Source: Clostridiales bacterium Firm_07 (GTDB lineage Bacteria; Bacillota; Clostridia; Oscillospirales; CAG-272). From it: a DNA stretch of 64,000 nt. The notes under the pieces were generated by a model. It did not search any database. It was given only the letters and a program-made list of their open reading frames with translations, and was not told the origin of the DNA. Positions 1-9,513 of the stretch are shown here, in pieces. The stretch covers positions 273,079 through 337,078 of the forward strand of contig LVAM01000010.1 in NCBI GenBank assembly GCA_001604005.1, written 5' to 3'. Position numbers and translations under genes: made by a program. How positions within the stretch are numbered: the stretch's first letter is position 1; the number at the start of each line of letters is the position of its first letter.

Positions 1-2391
1 CACACGCCCACCTATCGCGATCGTCCCGAACTTCTTGAAGAAGATCTCAAAAACTACCGCGAAGCCGGTTGGCGCGTGATCCTTTCGGCGGAAAACGAAT
101 CCGCCGCCAAAAACGCGGCGGGGCTACTTGCCGAGCACGGCTTTTCCGTATCGCTTGCCGAAAACGGCGACGCCTTGCCCGAAAGCGGCAAGGTGCTCGT
201 CACGTGGAGCGAACAAAACGAAGGCTTTGAACTTGCCGGCGCACGCGCGGCGGTACTCTCTCTTTCCGGCAACGACGCAAACGGCGGACTTTCGATCGCC
301 GGAAAATCGCGCCACCGACAAAAGAAAAAAGATTCCCGCGCCGCCATTCTCTCCTATGCCGACTTGCAAGTGGGCGATCTCGTGGTACACGAAGCGCACG
401 GCATCGGCCGCTATATGGGGCTTGAAACTCTGACTATCGGCGGAGTGACGCGCGATTATGTCCACATACAGTACGCGGGATCCGATAAACTCTTCCTTCC
501 CTGCGACCGCCTTGACGCCGTTTCCAAATACATCGGCGCGCACCCCGACGACGGTATGGTGCGGCTTTCCCGTTTCGGCGGCGGAGAATGGAAAAAAGCC
601 AAAGAACGCGCCAAGAGCGCCGTCAAGGATATGGCAAAAGACCTCATCGCGCTTTACGCGCGCCGCGCGCGCACCGAGGGCTTTGCCTTTCCCGACTACC
701 CGGATATGCAGCGGGAATTTGACGATATGTTCCCCTTTGAAGAGACCGAGGGGCAGGAGACTGCCGAAGAAGAGATCCGCCAAGATATGATGGCAAGCGC
801 CCCGATGGATCGCTTGCTTTGCGGCGACGTCGGATTCGGAAAGACCGAAGTGGCGTTGCGCGCGGCATATATGGCGGTTCTTGCGGGGAAACAGGTGGCG
901 CTGCTTGTGCCCACCACCATTCTCGCGCTCCAACATTTTGAGACCGTCAGCGCGCGGATGCGCCCCTTTGCCGTGCGGGTGGAAATGATTTCACGTTTCC
1001 GCTCCGCGAAAGAGCAAACGCAGATCCTGCGCCGCCTCGCGCGCGGCGACGTCGACATCATCATCGGCACGCACCGTCTTGTTTCAAGCGATATCAAGTT
1101 CAAAGATCTCGGACTTCTCATCGTGGACGAGGAACAACGCTTCGGCGTGGCGCAAAAAGAAAAGATCAAAGCGGCGGCAGGCAACGTTGACGTGCTGACG
1201 CTGACCGCCACGCCCATTCCCCGCACGCTGAATATGGCAATGAGCGGCATTCGGGACATTTCCATTCTGGACGAGGCGCCCGGCGACCGACTGCCGGTGC
1301 AAACGTACGTGCTGGAAGAAGATCCCCTGATCATCGAAGAGGCGATCCGCCGCGAACTGCGGCGGGGCGGGCAGGTCTTTTACCTGCACAACAACGTGGA
1401 AAATATCAATTCCACCGCCGCCGCCATTTCACGCGCCGTTCCCGAAGCGCGCGTCACGGTGGCGCACGGGCAGATGGATAAAGAAGAATTGGAACGCATT
1501 TGGGGCGATATGCTCTCCGGCGAGATCGACATTTTGGTCAGCACCACCATCATCGAGACCGGCATCGACGTGCCGAACGCCAACACCTTGATCGTAGATA
1601 ACGCACACTGTTTGGGGCTTTCGCAATTGCATCAGATCCGCGGGCGCGTGGGGCGCTCCCCCCGCCGCGCCTATGCCTATTTCACCTATCCCGCGGGGCG
1701 GGCGCTCTCCGATATACAGCGCAAACGCCTGGAAGCCGTGCGGGAATATACCGAGTTCGGCGCGGGATTCCGCATCGCGCTGCGCGACCTTGAACTGCGC
1801 GGCGCCGGCAATCTCCTGGGCGCCGAACAACACGGGCACCTCGACGCCGTGGGCTACGATCTTTACGTGAAACTGCTGAACGAAGCCGTCCTTGAAGAAA
1901 AGGGGCAAAAAACGCCGACGCGTACCGAGTGTATCGTATCTCTCTCCTTTGACGCCTGCCTGCCCGAAAAATACGTGCGCTCGGCGGGACAACGCATCGC
2001 GCTCTACAAGCGCATCTCGCTCATCTCCACGCGCTATGACTTCGAGGATATGCGGGAGGAACTTTCGGATCGCTACGGCGATCTTCCCGCCGCCGCGGAA
2101 AATCTGTTGAAAATCGCCCTTGTCCGCTCGCTTGCCGAGCGGTGCGGGGTAACGCAATTGCGGCAGGAGGAGAACACGGTGCACATCATCTCCCCGAAAC
2201 TCGACGTCGACAAGTGGCTGACACTCTCGGCGCAATACCCCGGAAAACTGCGTATGATGCTGTCGGAAAACCCCTATATCCAATATCGACCCGAAAAAGT
2301 GCAGAAAACGCCCGAACTTCTCATCGAACTCTTTGAGCGTTATCTCGCGCTGTCTGCCGACAAAATCAACCAAGCGGAGGAAGAACAATGA
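1..2391 (+). CDS. mfd: Transcription-repair coupling factor Mfd (5' end outside window)
   Basis: Frame 1 is open from base 1 to the TGA at 2389-2391; the track start at 76 is an internal GTG. Helicase motifs are visible: GDVGFGKTEV (Walker A), LLIVDEEQRFG, LTATPIPRT, QLHQIRGRVGR. A TRCF-type C-terminal region follows. Confidence 0.95.
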   Translation, partial: HTPTYRDRPELLEEDLKNYREAGWRVILSAENESAAKNAAGLLAEHGFSVSLAENGDALPESGKVLVTWSEQNEGFELAGARAAVLSLSGNDANGGLSIAGKSRHRQKKKDSRAAILSYADLQVGDLVVHEAHGIGRYMGLETLTIGGVTRDYVHIQYAGSDKLFLPCDRLDAVSKYIGAHPDDGMVRLSRFGGGEWKKAKERAKSAVKDMAKDLIALYARRARTEGFAFPDYPDMQREFDDMFPFEETEGQETAEEEIRQDMMASAPMDRLLCGDVGFGKTEVALRAAYMAVLAGKQVALLVPTTILALQHFETVSARMRPFAVRVEMISRFRSAKEQTQILRRLARGDVDIIIGTHRLVSSDIKFKDLGLLIVDEEQRFGVAQKEKIKAAAGNVDVLTLTATPIPRTLNMAMSGIRDISILDEAPGDRLPVQTYVLEEDPLIIEEAIRRELRRGGQVFYLHNNVENINSTAAAISRAVPEARVTVAHGQMDKEELERIWGDMLSGEIDILVSTTIIETGIDVPNANTLIVDNAHCLGLSQLHQIRGRVGRSPRRAYAYFTYPAGRALSDIQRKRLEAVREYTEFGAGFRIALRDLELRGAGNLLGAEQHGHLDAVGYDLYVKLLNEAVLEEKGQKTPTRTECIVSLSFDACLPEKYVRSAGQRIALYKRISLISTRYDFEDMREELSDRYGDLPAAAENLLKIALVRSLAERCGVTQLRQEENTVHIISPKLDVDKWLTLSAQYPGKLRMMLSENPYIQYRPEKVQKTPELLIELFERYLALSADKINQAEEEQ

Positions 2392-3848
2392 AAAAAGCGT
2401 TTTTATCAATATGCCTGATCTTACTGGCTTTGTGCCTGCTCTTCTCCGGCTGTGCCGCGCGCGGCAAGATCTTTATCCGCGCGGGCAAAGAGAAAATCTC
2501 CTTTTCGGTTTATCGCCTCTATCTCTCCCGTATGAAAGGCAGTCTTGCCGCCGCGGGCGAGGAAGTCGATAACGCAAAATACTGGGCAACGTACCTGAAT
2601 ACCGACAATCTTACCACCGCAGAGTATTATGAAAATCAGGTTTTCGAGGGGCTCAAACAAATCGCCGCGGCGCTTCTTATTTATGAGGAAGAAGGCTTGC
2701 GGCTGGATAAAGAGACCGAAAAAGAGATCGAGGAGTGGATCGACGCGCTCATCGAGGATCTCGGCGAGGGATCGAAAAGCCAACTCAATTCGGTGCTCGC
2801 GGCATACGGCGCCAATATCACCACGCTCCGCGACGCGGCGCGCATCGAGGCAAAGATCGCGCAACTGAAAACCCATCTTTACGGCGAGAACGGCGAGCTT
2901 GTTTCGGACAGCGCCAAAGAAGAGTTTTATCAGGCAACGTATTTTCGCGGCAGACAAATGCTCATCTCCGCTTCCTATCACGACCACGAGAAAGACGCGG
3001 ACGGCAACACGGTTTATTTTCTGTTGGACGACGCGGGCAATCTGCTGGATCGGATCGCCTACGATACCGAAAACGGCACGCCGAGCGGTGAAATCGACCG
3101 CTTTGGCGACGCCGTTTACCGCAAGGCGGGCGGCGTTGCGTACGACACCGAAAACGGCACGCCGAGCGCGGAGAAAGCGCGGGACGACCGCGGCGATCTC
3201 ATCTATTACACGGAAGAAGGAAAGATCGCGTACGACACCGCAAAAGGTCACGCGACCGAAGAAAAAGACGCGAACGGCGACACGGTGTACCGCAAAATGA
3301 TCGTCGCCTATCTGCGCGACATCGAAAAAGCCTCCCCGCGGTATTATTACGAAACGAAAGACGGCAAAGAAGTCGAAAAGATCGTGTCGTACTCCGAAGA
3401 GGAAATGGAAAAGCGCCGTTTGGTGGCGCAAAAGATCGCCGAAGACGTCGGCGGCAACACGGCGCGTTTCCTCGCTTACGCCGAGGAATACAGCGACAGT
3501 CTTGCCTTTGACGCGAAGTATGCACCGAACGGGCTCTATTTTGCAAAAGGCGCGACAACGGGCGACAGCCTCTTTAACACGCTCTCCGCGGCGCTCTTCT
3601 CCGCGGAAGTGGGCACGGTGACCTTGCTTTCATCTGACGCGGGATACTATCTCTTGCTGCGCGAAGAACTTGACGGCGGCGCATACGCCAACAGCGAAAA
3701 CAGCGTATGGTTTGCCACTTTTTCCACACTGCTGACCGAAGCGATGCTCCAAAAACGCGCCGAGCCCTACCTTGAAAAATTGAAGATCAACGAAAAACTG
3801 AAAGAAAACGCCGACATCGCCTCGCTGGCGGCAAACGTGTCGATTTGA
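2388..3848 (+). CDS. Lipoprotein, PrsA/SurA-N-like foldase homolog with an internal repeat insertion (function uncertain)
   Basis: The ATG at 2388 overlaps the mfd stop (ATGA). It has a signal peptide with lipobox LLFSGC. The N-terminal half resembles the SurA-N/PrsA chaperone region. The C-terminal end (GTVTLLSSDAGYYLLLREE) resembles the end of a parvulin domain. A gene downstream of mfd at this position is typical for Firmicutes. Confidence 0.7.
   Translation: MKKAFLSICLILLALCLLFSGCAARGKIFIRAGKEKISFSVYRLYLSRMKGSLAAAGEEVDNAKYWATYLNTDNLTTAEYYENQVFEGLKQIAAALLIYEEEGLRLDKETEKEIEEWIDALIEDLGEGSKSQLNSVLAAYGANITTLRDAARIEAKIAQLKTHLYGENGELVSDSAKEEFYQATYFRGRQMLISASYHDHEKDADGNTVYFLLDDAGNLLDRIAYDTENGTPSGEIDRFGDAVYRKAGGVAYDTENGTPSAEKARDDRGDLIYYTEEGKIAYDTAKGHATEEKDANGDTVYRKMIVAYLRDIEKASPRYYYETKDGKEVEKIVSYSEEEMEKRRLVAQKIAEDVGGNTARFLAYAEEYSDSLAFDAKYAPNGLYFAKGATTGDSLFNTLSAALFSAEVGTVTLLSSDAGYYLLLREELDGGAYANSENSVWFATFSTLLTEAMLQKRAEPYLEKLKINEKLKENADIASLAANVSI
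3054..3300 (+). repeat. Three imperfect in-frame tandem repeats inside the lipoprotein gene
   Basis: The protein units are IAYDTENGTPSGEIDRFGDAVYRK / VAYDTENGTPSAEKARDDRGDLIYYTEEGK / IAYDTAKGHATEEKDANGDTVYRK. At the DNA level, gc(c/g)tacga(t/c)accgaaaacggcacgccgagcg recurs at about 3058 and 3138, with a diverged third copy at about 3228. Confidence 0.75.
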
Positions 3849-3869
3849 GAACAACAAGGAGAAGATCTT

Positions 3870-4589
3870 ATGCTAAACGTCACACATCTGACCAAACGCT
3901 ATGGAAAAACGCTCGGCTGCAGCGATCTTTCTTTCGATCTGCCGCGCGAGAGCATCACGGTGCTTTTGGGACCGAACGGAGCGGGAAAAAGTACGCTCCT
4001 CAAATCGGTAGCGGGGCTGTTGCGCTATGAAGGTTCGATCACGATAGACGGAAAATCCAACCGCGATCTCGCCGCCAAAAGACTGCTCGGATATATCCCG
4101 GAAATTCCCGCGCTCTATCCCAACCTCACGGTCGCGGAACATATGGAATTCATCGCGCGCGCCTATCGGCTTTCCGATTACCGTGCGCGGGCGGACGCAT
4201 TGCTTGACCGTTTCGAGTTGTCGGACAAAAAGAAAAAGTTCGGCGACGAACTCTCCAAAGGTATGCAGCAAAAACTCAACCTTTGCCTTGGACTTCTCCC
4301 CTCTCCTTCGCTGATTTTGATGGACGAGCCGATGATCGGGCTTGATCCGCACGCGATCAAAGAACTCAAAACGATGATGGAAGAACTGCGCCGCGACGGC
4401 TGTACGCTGCTCGTCTCCACCCATATCATCGACAGCGTGGATATGCTTTGGGATCGCACGCTCATTATGCAAAAGGGCAACCTTGCCGCCGACGTCACGC
4501 GCGCCTCGCTTGCCGACGCGGGCGAAACGCTGGAAGATCTCTTCTTCTCGGTGACCGAGGCAGAGGCGGGGCAAGAGGAATCGGTATGA
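3870..4589 (+). CDS. ABC transporter ATP-binding protein
   Basis: Walker A GPNGAGKST, signature-like LSKGMQQKL and Walker B LILMDEPMIGLD are present. The RBS aaggagaag lies upstream of the ATG at 3870. Confidence 0.9.
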   Translation: MLNVTHLTKRYGKTLGCSDLSFDLPRESITVLLGPNGAGKSTLLKSVAGLLRYEGSITIDGKSNRDLAAKRLLGYIPEIPALYPNLTVAEHMEFIARAYRLSDYRARADALLDRFELSDKKKKFGDELSKGMQQKLNLCLGLLPSPSLILMDEPMIGLDPHAIKELKTMMEELRRDGCTLLVSTHIIDSVDMLWDRTLIMQKGNLAADVTRASLADAGETLEDLFFSVTEAEAGQEESV

Positions 4590-6202
4590 ATTTTATCGGA
4601 TATTATTGGCGGCACAGTTTCATCAATCAGGTAAAAAAACTTTTCCGCGCCTCGATCCTGATCTTCATCGTCGTCTGCCTGATTTTCGGCGTCGTCATCG
4701 GTCTTGGCATAGGCTTTCTCGGAAGCAAACTGTCGGGAGATGACGCCGAAACGACGGAAAGCGTCGCGGAAGACGCCGCGCCGCCCGACAGCGCCACGAT
4801 CCACAACGTCATCGAACTCGGCGCGGGGGCATTGATACTGCTCTTTATCGCGCTTGCCGTGCTGACGGCAGACAAAAGCGGCGGCTCCGCGTTTCTCGGC
4901 GCCGACACCGTATTGCTCTTTACCGCGCCCATCAAGCCGCAAACCGTCCTGCTTTTCCGATTGCTGATGCAAACCGGCGCCGTGATCGCGGGAACATTTT
5001 ACATTTTCTTTCAGATTTTAAGCCTTGCGTTCCGTTCCGTCATCTCGACAGGATCGGCGTTTGCGCTCCTTGGCGCGTGGATCTTCCTGCTCGTTTACCA
5101 CAAACTTTTCTCGGTTCTCTTTTACACGTTGTCGATGACGCACCCTCGCTTCAAAAAGGCGCTTCGTCCCACGCTGTACGGCACGCTGTTACTGCTCACC
5201 GGCGCATATCTCCTTTACGCCGCGAGAAACGGATATTCCTCGGCAACGCTCTTCGGCTTTTTCAACGCGCCGCCGACGCGCTATATTCCCTTTTGGGGTT
5301 GGCTCAAAGGCGCGGCGCTTTTCGCAATGGAAGGAAAACCGCTCGCCTCGCTCCTTTCTTTCGGCGCGCTATTGCTCCTTGCCGTAGCGCTGATCATCAT
5401 GATTTGGGGATTGAAAGCCGATTTTTACGAGGACGCGGCGGCAAAGACGGCAGCGCGCGAAGCAGCACTGGAAACCGCCGCGGGCGGCACGCCCGCAAAA
5501 CGGAGGAAAGATCGCTCCGAGTCCTTGCGCCGCGACGGTTTTTCACACGGAGAGGGTGCCACGGTATATTGGCACAAAACTTTTTATAACCGCTTCCGTT
5601 TCGCGCCGCTCGGCTTTCTCACGAAAACCACCGTCACGTACTTTCTCGTGTCGCTTGTCGCTTCGCTTTTCCTGCGTTTCGGTCTCGGGCAAAAGAATTT
5701 TGCCACCGTCGCTCTGTTGCTCGGCGGTCTCGTTTTCTTCCGCGCGCTCGGCAATCCCATCGCCGGCGACGTCGAACAACCCTCCTTCTTCCTCGTGCCC
5801 GACACGGCACGGCGAAAGGTATTCTTCTCGTTTGCGGCGGGATTTTGCTCCTCGGCGCTCGATCTTCTCCCCGCTTTTCTCCTCGGCGCGATCCTCTGCG
5901 CCGCCTCGCCCCTCTCGGCGATTCTTTGGTTGCTTTTGATCCTGTCTTTGGACGTTTACGCGGACGGCGTGGGGCTTTGTATCGGGCTTGCGCTTGCCAC
6001 AGGACTCTCACAGACCGTGCGATCGCTGGTGCAGATCTGTTTTATTTATTTCGGTATGATCCCCGCGGCGGGGATCCTCGTGTGGGGATTTGCCACCGCG
6101 CATCTGACGCTCTCCGTGTTGCTTGTCGTACTCTTTCACCTCTTACTCGGCGCGCTGACGCTCTTCCTCTCTCCACGTATCATCGAAAAAGGCAAAAAGT
6201 AA
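4586..6202 (+). CDS. Polytopic membrane protein, putative ABC exporter permease partner
   Basis: The ATG at 4586 overlaps the stop of the ATPase gene (ATGA); the track start at 4448 lies inside the ATPase gene. The protein has many hydrophobic segments. It resembles the 'putative ABC exporter' family from memory only. Confidence 0.65.
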   Translation: MNFIGYYWRHSFINQVKKLFRASILIFIVVCLIFGVVIGLGIGFLGSKLSGDDAETTESVAEDAAPPDSATIHNVIELGAGALILLFIALAVLTADKSGGSAFLGADTVLLFTAPIKPQTVLLFRLLMQTGAVIAGTFYIFFQILSLAFRSVISTGSAFALLGAWIFLLVYHKLFSVLFYTLSMTHPRFKKALRPTLYGTLLLLTGAYLLYAARNGYSSATLFGFFNAPPTRYIPFWGWLKGAALFAMEGKPLASLLSFGALLLLAVALIIMIWGLKADFYEDAAAKTAAREAALETAAGGTPAKRRKDRSESLRRDGFSHGEGATVYWHKTFYNRFRFAPLGFLTKTTVTYFLVSLVASLFLRFGLGQKNFATVALLLGGLVFFRALGNPIAGDVEQPSFFLVPDTARRKVFFSFAAGFCSSALDLLPAFLLGAILCAASPLSAILWLLLILSLDVYADGVGLCIGLALATGLSQTVRSLVQICFIYFGMIPAAGILVWGFATAHLTLSVLLVVLFHLLLGALTLFLSPRIIEKGKK

Positions 6203-6243
6203 AAAAACCCCGCCAAACGCGACGCGTTTGGCGGGGGTTTTTG
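6203..6243. terminator. Bidirectional intrinsic terminator between the convergent ABC and spoIIIA operons
   Basis: The sequence aaaaaaa-CCCCGCCAAACGC-gac-GCGTTTGGCGGGG-ttttt has a perfect 13-bp stem flanked by A and T tracts. Confidence 0.85.
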
Positions 6244-6302
6244 CCTTGTTTTGTATAATTTTCTGCCTTTTCTTTTTTCGCCCTCCTCTGGTGAGCACTT
6301 TT

Positions 6303-6806
6303 TTATTTGCCCGTTACAAAAACGCGATTGGTGGAAATGTTGAGCGAAGTTGCCACAAGGTCGGTCAATATCCGCACGACGTCCGGGTCTTTTCCTCCGC
6401 GGCAAACGATGCCGACGCCCGCGACGGCGGGCGGACGCAAACTCTCGGGCAGAGCGCTGCGCGCACTGCCCGTGCCGCTCGTCACGGGATCACCGTTTTT
6501 ATCGCGCACGTAAGAAATCGAATTGCCGCGCTCCAAGGTGATGAGCACCTCAACCTGCGAAACGCCCGACACCGAAGCGCAAAGATGCGCCACCTCTTCT
6601 TCGAGCCTTTCGCGATAAGCCGTCAATTCCGATAGCGTCTGCCCGCTCTCCGCCGTTTCCGCGCTTTTGCCGCTCTCCCCCGTCGAGCGTGTGCCGAGAA
6701 TCAGCAACAGCACGCCCACCGCGGCGCAAAAGATCAGCAGGGTTTTCTTTTTGTTTTTCATCAAAAAACGCATTACGTCTCCGCCCTTTTTTTCCGACGT
6801 TCCCAT
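6303..6806 (-). CDS. spoIIIAG: Stage III sporulation protein AG
   Basis: It is the seventh gene of the spoIIIA operon. It has an N-terminal TM segment, then the SQVEVLITLE... and AGVGIVCRGG...RVFV pattern typical of SpoIIIAG. The ATG at 6806 is preceded by GGAGGTG. Confidence 0.8.
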   Translation of the reverse strand: MGTSEKKGGDVMRFLMKNKKKTLLIFCAAVGVLLLILGTRSTGESGKSAETAESGQTLSELTAYRERLEEEVAHLCASVSGVSQVEVLITLERGNSISYVRDKNGDPVTSGTGSARSALPESLRPPAVAGVGIVCRGGKDPDVVRILTDLVATSLNISTNRVFVTGK

Positions 6807-7271
6807 TTATCGCACCTCCGTTTCACACCCAAAACGCAAAGTAAGATCTTCTTCTATGGGAAGGGGATCGGAAAGAAGCGCCTTCCCCGAAAGGTAAACG
6901 CTGATCTTGGTCAAATTCCCTCCCTCTCCCGTCGACACGCACACAAGGCAATCTTCCCGCGCAATACCATATTCCCTTTCCAAAAGATCGCAAACACCGT
7001 CTTCCAAATCCCGCACCACCGCACGTCCCACCGTATCCGTATAGATCTGTTCATACGCGCTCTCCCCCGCATCCTCTTGCGGCAAAGAGAGTACATCGTT
7101 CCCTTTTTGCAAAAAAGTAAAAAAGGGCTGTACTAAGCAAAACAGCACGGCAAGTGACACCAAAATGTGAAAAGCGCGGCGCACGCCGTCTTTTTTTTCG
7201 CCCGCAAGCAAGAGTTCGGCAAGGGCGGCGGCAAGCGCAACGCCGAACAGCACAAAAATCTTTTCCCGCAT
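6807..7271 (-). CDS. spoIIIAF: Stage III sporulation protein AF
   Basis: The call rests on its position between AE and AG. It has two N-terminal TM segments (FVLFGVALAAALAELLL, ILVSLAVLFCLVQPFF). The ATG at 7271 is preceded by GGAGA; the track start at 7304 lies inside AE. Confidence 0.7.
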   Translation of the reverse strand: MREKIFVLFGVALAAALAELLLAGEKKDGVRRAFHILVSLAVLFCLVQPFFTFLQKGNDVLSLPQEDAGESAYEQIYTDTVGRAVVRDLEDGVCDLLEREYGIAREDCLVCVSTGEGGNLTKISVYLSGKALLSDPLPIEEDLTLRFGCETEVR

Positions 7272-7278
7272 ACGTCTC

Positions 7279-8430
7279 CTATCCCGCCGCGGCGCACCGC
7301 GCAAACAGCGTCAGCGAAAATAACAGCATCACGAAAAGCGAGGCGAGCACGGCAAGAAAATATCCGTAGACCGAGGCGATCTCCGCGATGAGTTTTTCTT
7401 CTCGCTCACAGCCGAGCAGTTTTGCCACAGATCCCCCGAGCATGATCGTGATGCGTGCAAAGGTGACCGAGAGAAAGGTGGGCAAAAAGAGAAAAAAGAG
7501 GACGATGATGCCGCCCGTACCCGCCGTGGCGCGCAAAAACTCCACGCTGCCCGCCACCGTGCGCAAAGTCTCGGAGATCGAGCCGCCCACCACGGGGAGA
7601 AAACTCCCCGCGGCAAAACGCGCCGCGCGCAGTGTCACCGTATCGGCGGCGCGGGCAAGCGTGGATTGCACGCCGAGCACGCCGCACAAAAGCAACATCA
7701 GGAAAGAGAGCGTCAGTGTGTAAGTGCGCTTGATCCAGTTGCCGAGCGGGCGCAGATCCACGCCGCCCGCCAGGGCGTCAAGCAACGCGAAAGTAAGCGC
7801 GATGCCCCCGACGGGGAGAAGCGTATCGGCTCCCAGCGTTTCCAGTATCGAGAGAAATGCGGAAAGCACCGTGCTGTTTGCCACCGCCGACGCCACGTTG
7901 CCGCCCATCGAAAAAAGCGTCGCCATCATCGGGATCATTGCCGCGGCAAGCGTCCCGACCGTGGTGAGAAGCAACCGCACTTTGCCGAAGATCTCCCGCA
8001 CCGTGCCAAACAGCAAAAGCGAAAGCGCAAGCGTACCGCAAAAGGAGAGCGCGTTTCCCAGCGCCGTGTTTTTGCACTCGCTCACCGCAAAGCGAAAAAC
8101 CGCGGCAAGGAGCAGTATGCCGCAAAGTTTCACGAGAAGCGACAGATTGTCCGAGAGCGCGACGCCACCGGCTTTTCCGATGGCGCCGAAGATCGCCCGC
8201 ACGCCGCTTGCCTCGCGCACGCCGCTCGCCATCTCGTCGACGTCTGCCGAGAAAAAAGAATCGGGGAGCAACTCGGCAACCTCGGGCGGCACGCTCTCCC
8301 GAAAATCGCGCAACGTATCCGCCGCTTTTGTTTCCACCTCGCTTGCCGCGCTCTCCCGCGCGGAGGCATCCAGTGGAAAAACACAGGCGAAAAGCAGAAA
8401 AAACGCGCACCATATCACCGCTTTTTTCAA
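7279..8430 (-). CDS. spoIIIAE: Stage III sporulation protein AE
   Basis: It has a signal peptide followed by a polytopic membrane region, with the size and position expected in the operon. The start codon is TTG, overlapping the AD stop; no in-frame ATG is nearby. Confidence 0.85.
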   Translation of the reverse strand: MKKAVIWCAFFLLFACVFPLDASARESAASEVETKAADTLRDFRESVPPEVAELLPDSFFSADVDEMASGVREASGVRAIFGAIGKAGGVALSDNLSLLVKLCGILLLAAVFRFAVSECKNTALGNALSFCGTLALSLLLFGTVREIFGKVRLLLTTVGTLAAAMIPMMATLFSMGGNVASAVANSTVLSAFLSILETLGADTLLPVGGIALTFALLDALAGGVDLRPLGNWIKRTYTLTLSFLMLLLCGVLGVQSTLARAADTVTLRAARFAAGSFLPVVGGSISETLRTVAGSVEFLRATAGTGGIIVLFFLFLPTFLSVTFARITIMLGGSVAKLLGCEREEKLIAEIASVYGYFLAVLASLFVMLLFSLTLFARCAAAG

Positions 8431-8810
8431 AAACTCAACAACTCCTTCGCAAGAGAGAGCACCGCTTCAAGAAGCGGCAACGAGAGAAAGAGAATTTCGG
8501 CTTTGCCGAAAAAAAGCACCCCTTCGGCGAGCGTTTCCTCTCCCAGATCCCGACAAAACGAGGCGGCAAGCTCGGCGATCATCGCCACACCGAGCGCGCG
8601 CAGGATCACTTCTGTCTGTGTCGTTTCCCCGCCGGAAAGCAGTGAGCGGATACGCGCGACGATCGGCAAAATAAGTGCCACCGAAGCGCCGATCAGCACA
8701 AGCAGCGCCGCCGTGCGGGTGGGATACGCCACGGCGGGACGAAGTTCCCGCAAAAGGAGCAGCAAGATCGCCCCGAGGATCGCCGCGCCCGCCACCGAGA
8801 CGATATTCAT
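8427..8810 (-). CDS. spoIIIAD: Stage III sporulation protein AD
   Basis: It is a 127-aa four-TM protein. ATGA overlaps the AC stop. The order AC-AD is conserved. Confidence 0.9.
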   Translation of the reverse strand: MNIVSVAGAAILGAILLLLLRELRPAVAYPTRTAALLVLIGASVALILPIVARIRSLLSGGETTQTEVILRALGVAMIAELAASFCRDLGEETLAEGVLFFGKAEILFLSLPLLEAVLSLAKELLSF

Positions 8811-9004
8811 CAGAAACCGAAAGTTTCCCGCACGGTGTCAAACAGCGTGCCGATCTCCCGCACCAGCATCAAAAAAACGACCACGATCCCCGCGATCACC
8901 ACAAGCGTGGCCTGTTCATCGCGCCCGCTTTTGGAAAGGATCTGCGCCGAGATCGCCACAAGAAGCCCCACGCCCGCCACACGTAAAATCAACGAAATGT
9001 CCAT
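8810..9004 (-). CDS. spoIIIAC: Stage III sporulation protein AC
   Basis: It is a 64-aa two-TM protein (MDISLILRVAGVGLLVAISAQILSKSGRDEQ...). The ATG is at 9004; the rest of track ORF 8810..9475 is a spurious extension. Confidence 0.9.
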   Translation of the reverse strand: MDISLILRVAGVGLLVAISAQILSKSGRDEQATLVVIAGIVVVFLMLVREIGTLFDTVRETFGF

Positions 9005-9021
9005 ATTTTCCTCACTTCTCT

Positions 9022-9513
9022 TTATATCAACAAGCAAATGACGATGCCGCCGAGAAGCGGCGGCAGAAAAAGTGCCAGTTTCTCGCGCTTGCGGCTCTCC
9101 GCACTCTCTTTTCGCACGATGCTTTCCATTTTTTCGATCGCAAGATCGCTCTTTCGGAGATCTTCGGCGCGATCGCCGCGCCCGATCTCTTCCGCCCACG
9201 AAGTCAGCGTTTCCGCCGCCGTATCGGAAAGATCCGCGCGCGCGTTCCGTACCAAATCGACAAGATCGGTTCGCGCGGCATTTGCTCCCGCACCCACAAG
9301 GAAGAGCAGTTTTTCGTCGCATTGCGACAAAATCGCGGGGATCGGCAAAGAAAACGCCGCAATCTGCGCGCGTACGTGCCGCAGGAGCGTGAGAAATCCC
9401 GCCGCCCGCGCCGCGCGCCGGCGTTCTTTCGCGGCAAGGCTTGCCCCCGCGCCGACGAGCGCGATCAGCAAACACACGGCGCCGCCGATCTTACAGATCA
9501 CGCAAAACGGCAT
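9022..9513 (-). CDS. spoIIIAB: Stage III sporulation protein AB
   Basis: It has an N-terminal TM and a C-terminal TM with a helical soluble domain between. The ATG at 9513 lies 6 nt after GGGAGG. It overlaps the end of spoIIIAA. Confidence 0.8.
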   Translation of the reverse strand: MPFCVICKIGGAVCLLIALVGAGASLAAKERRRAARAAGFLTLLRHVRAQIAAFSLPIPAILSQCDEKLLFLVGAGANAARTDLVDLVRNARADLSDTAAETLTSWAEEIGRGDRAEDLRKSDLAIEKMESIVRKESAESRKREKLALFLPPLLGGIVICLLI

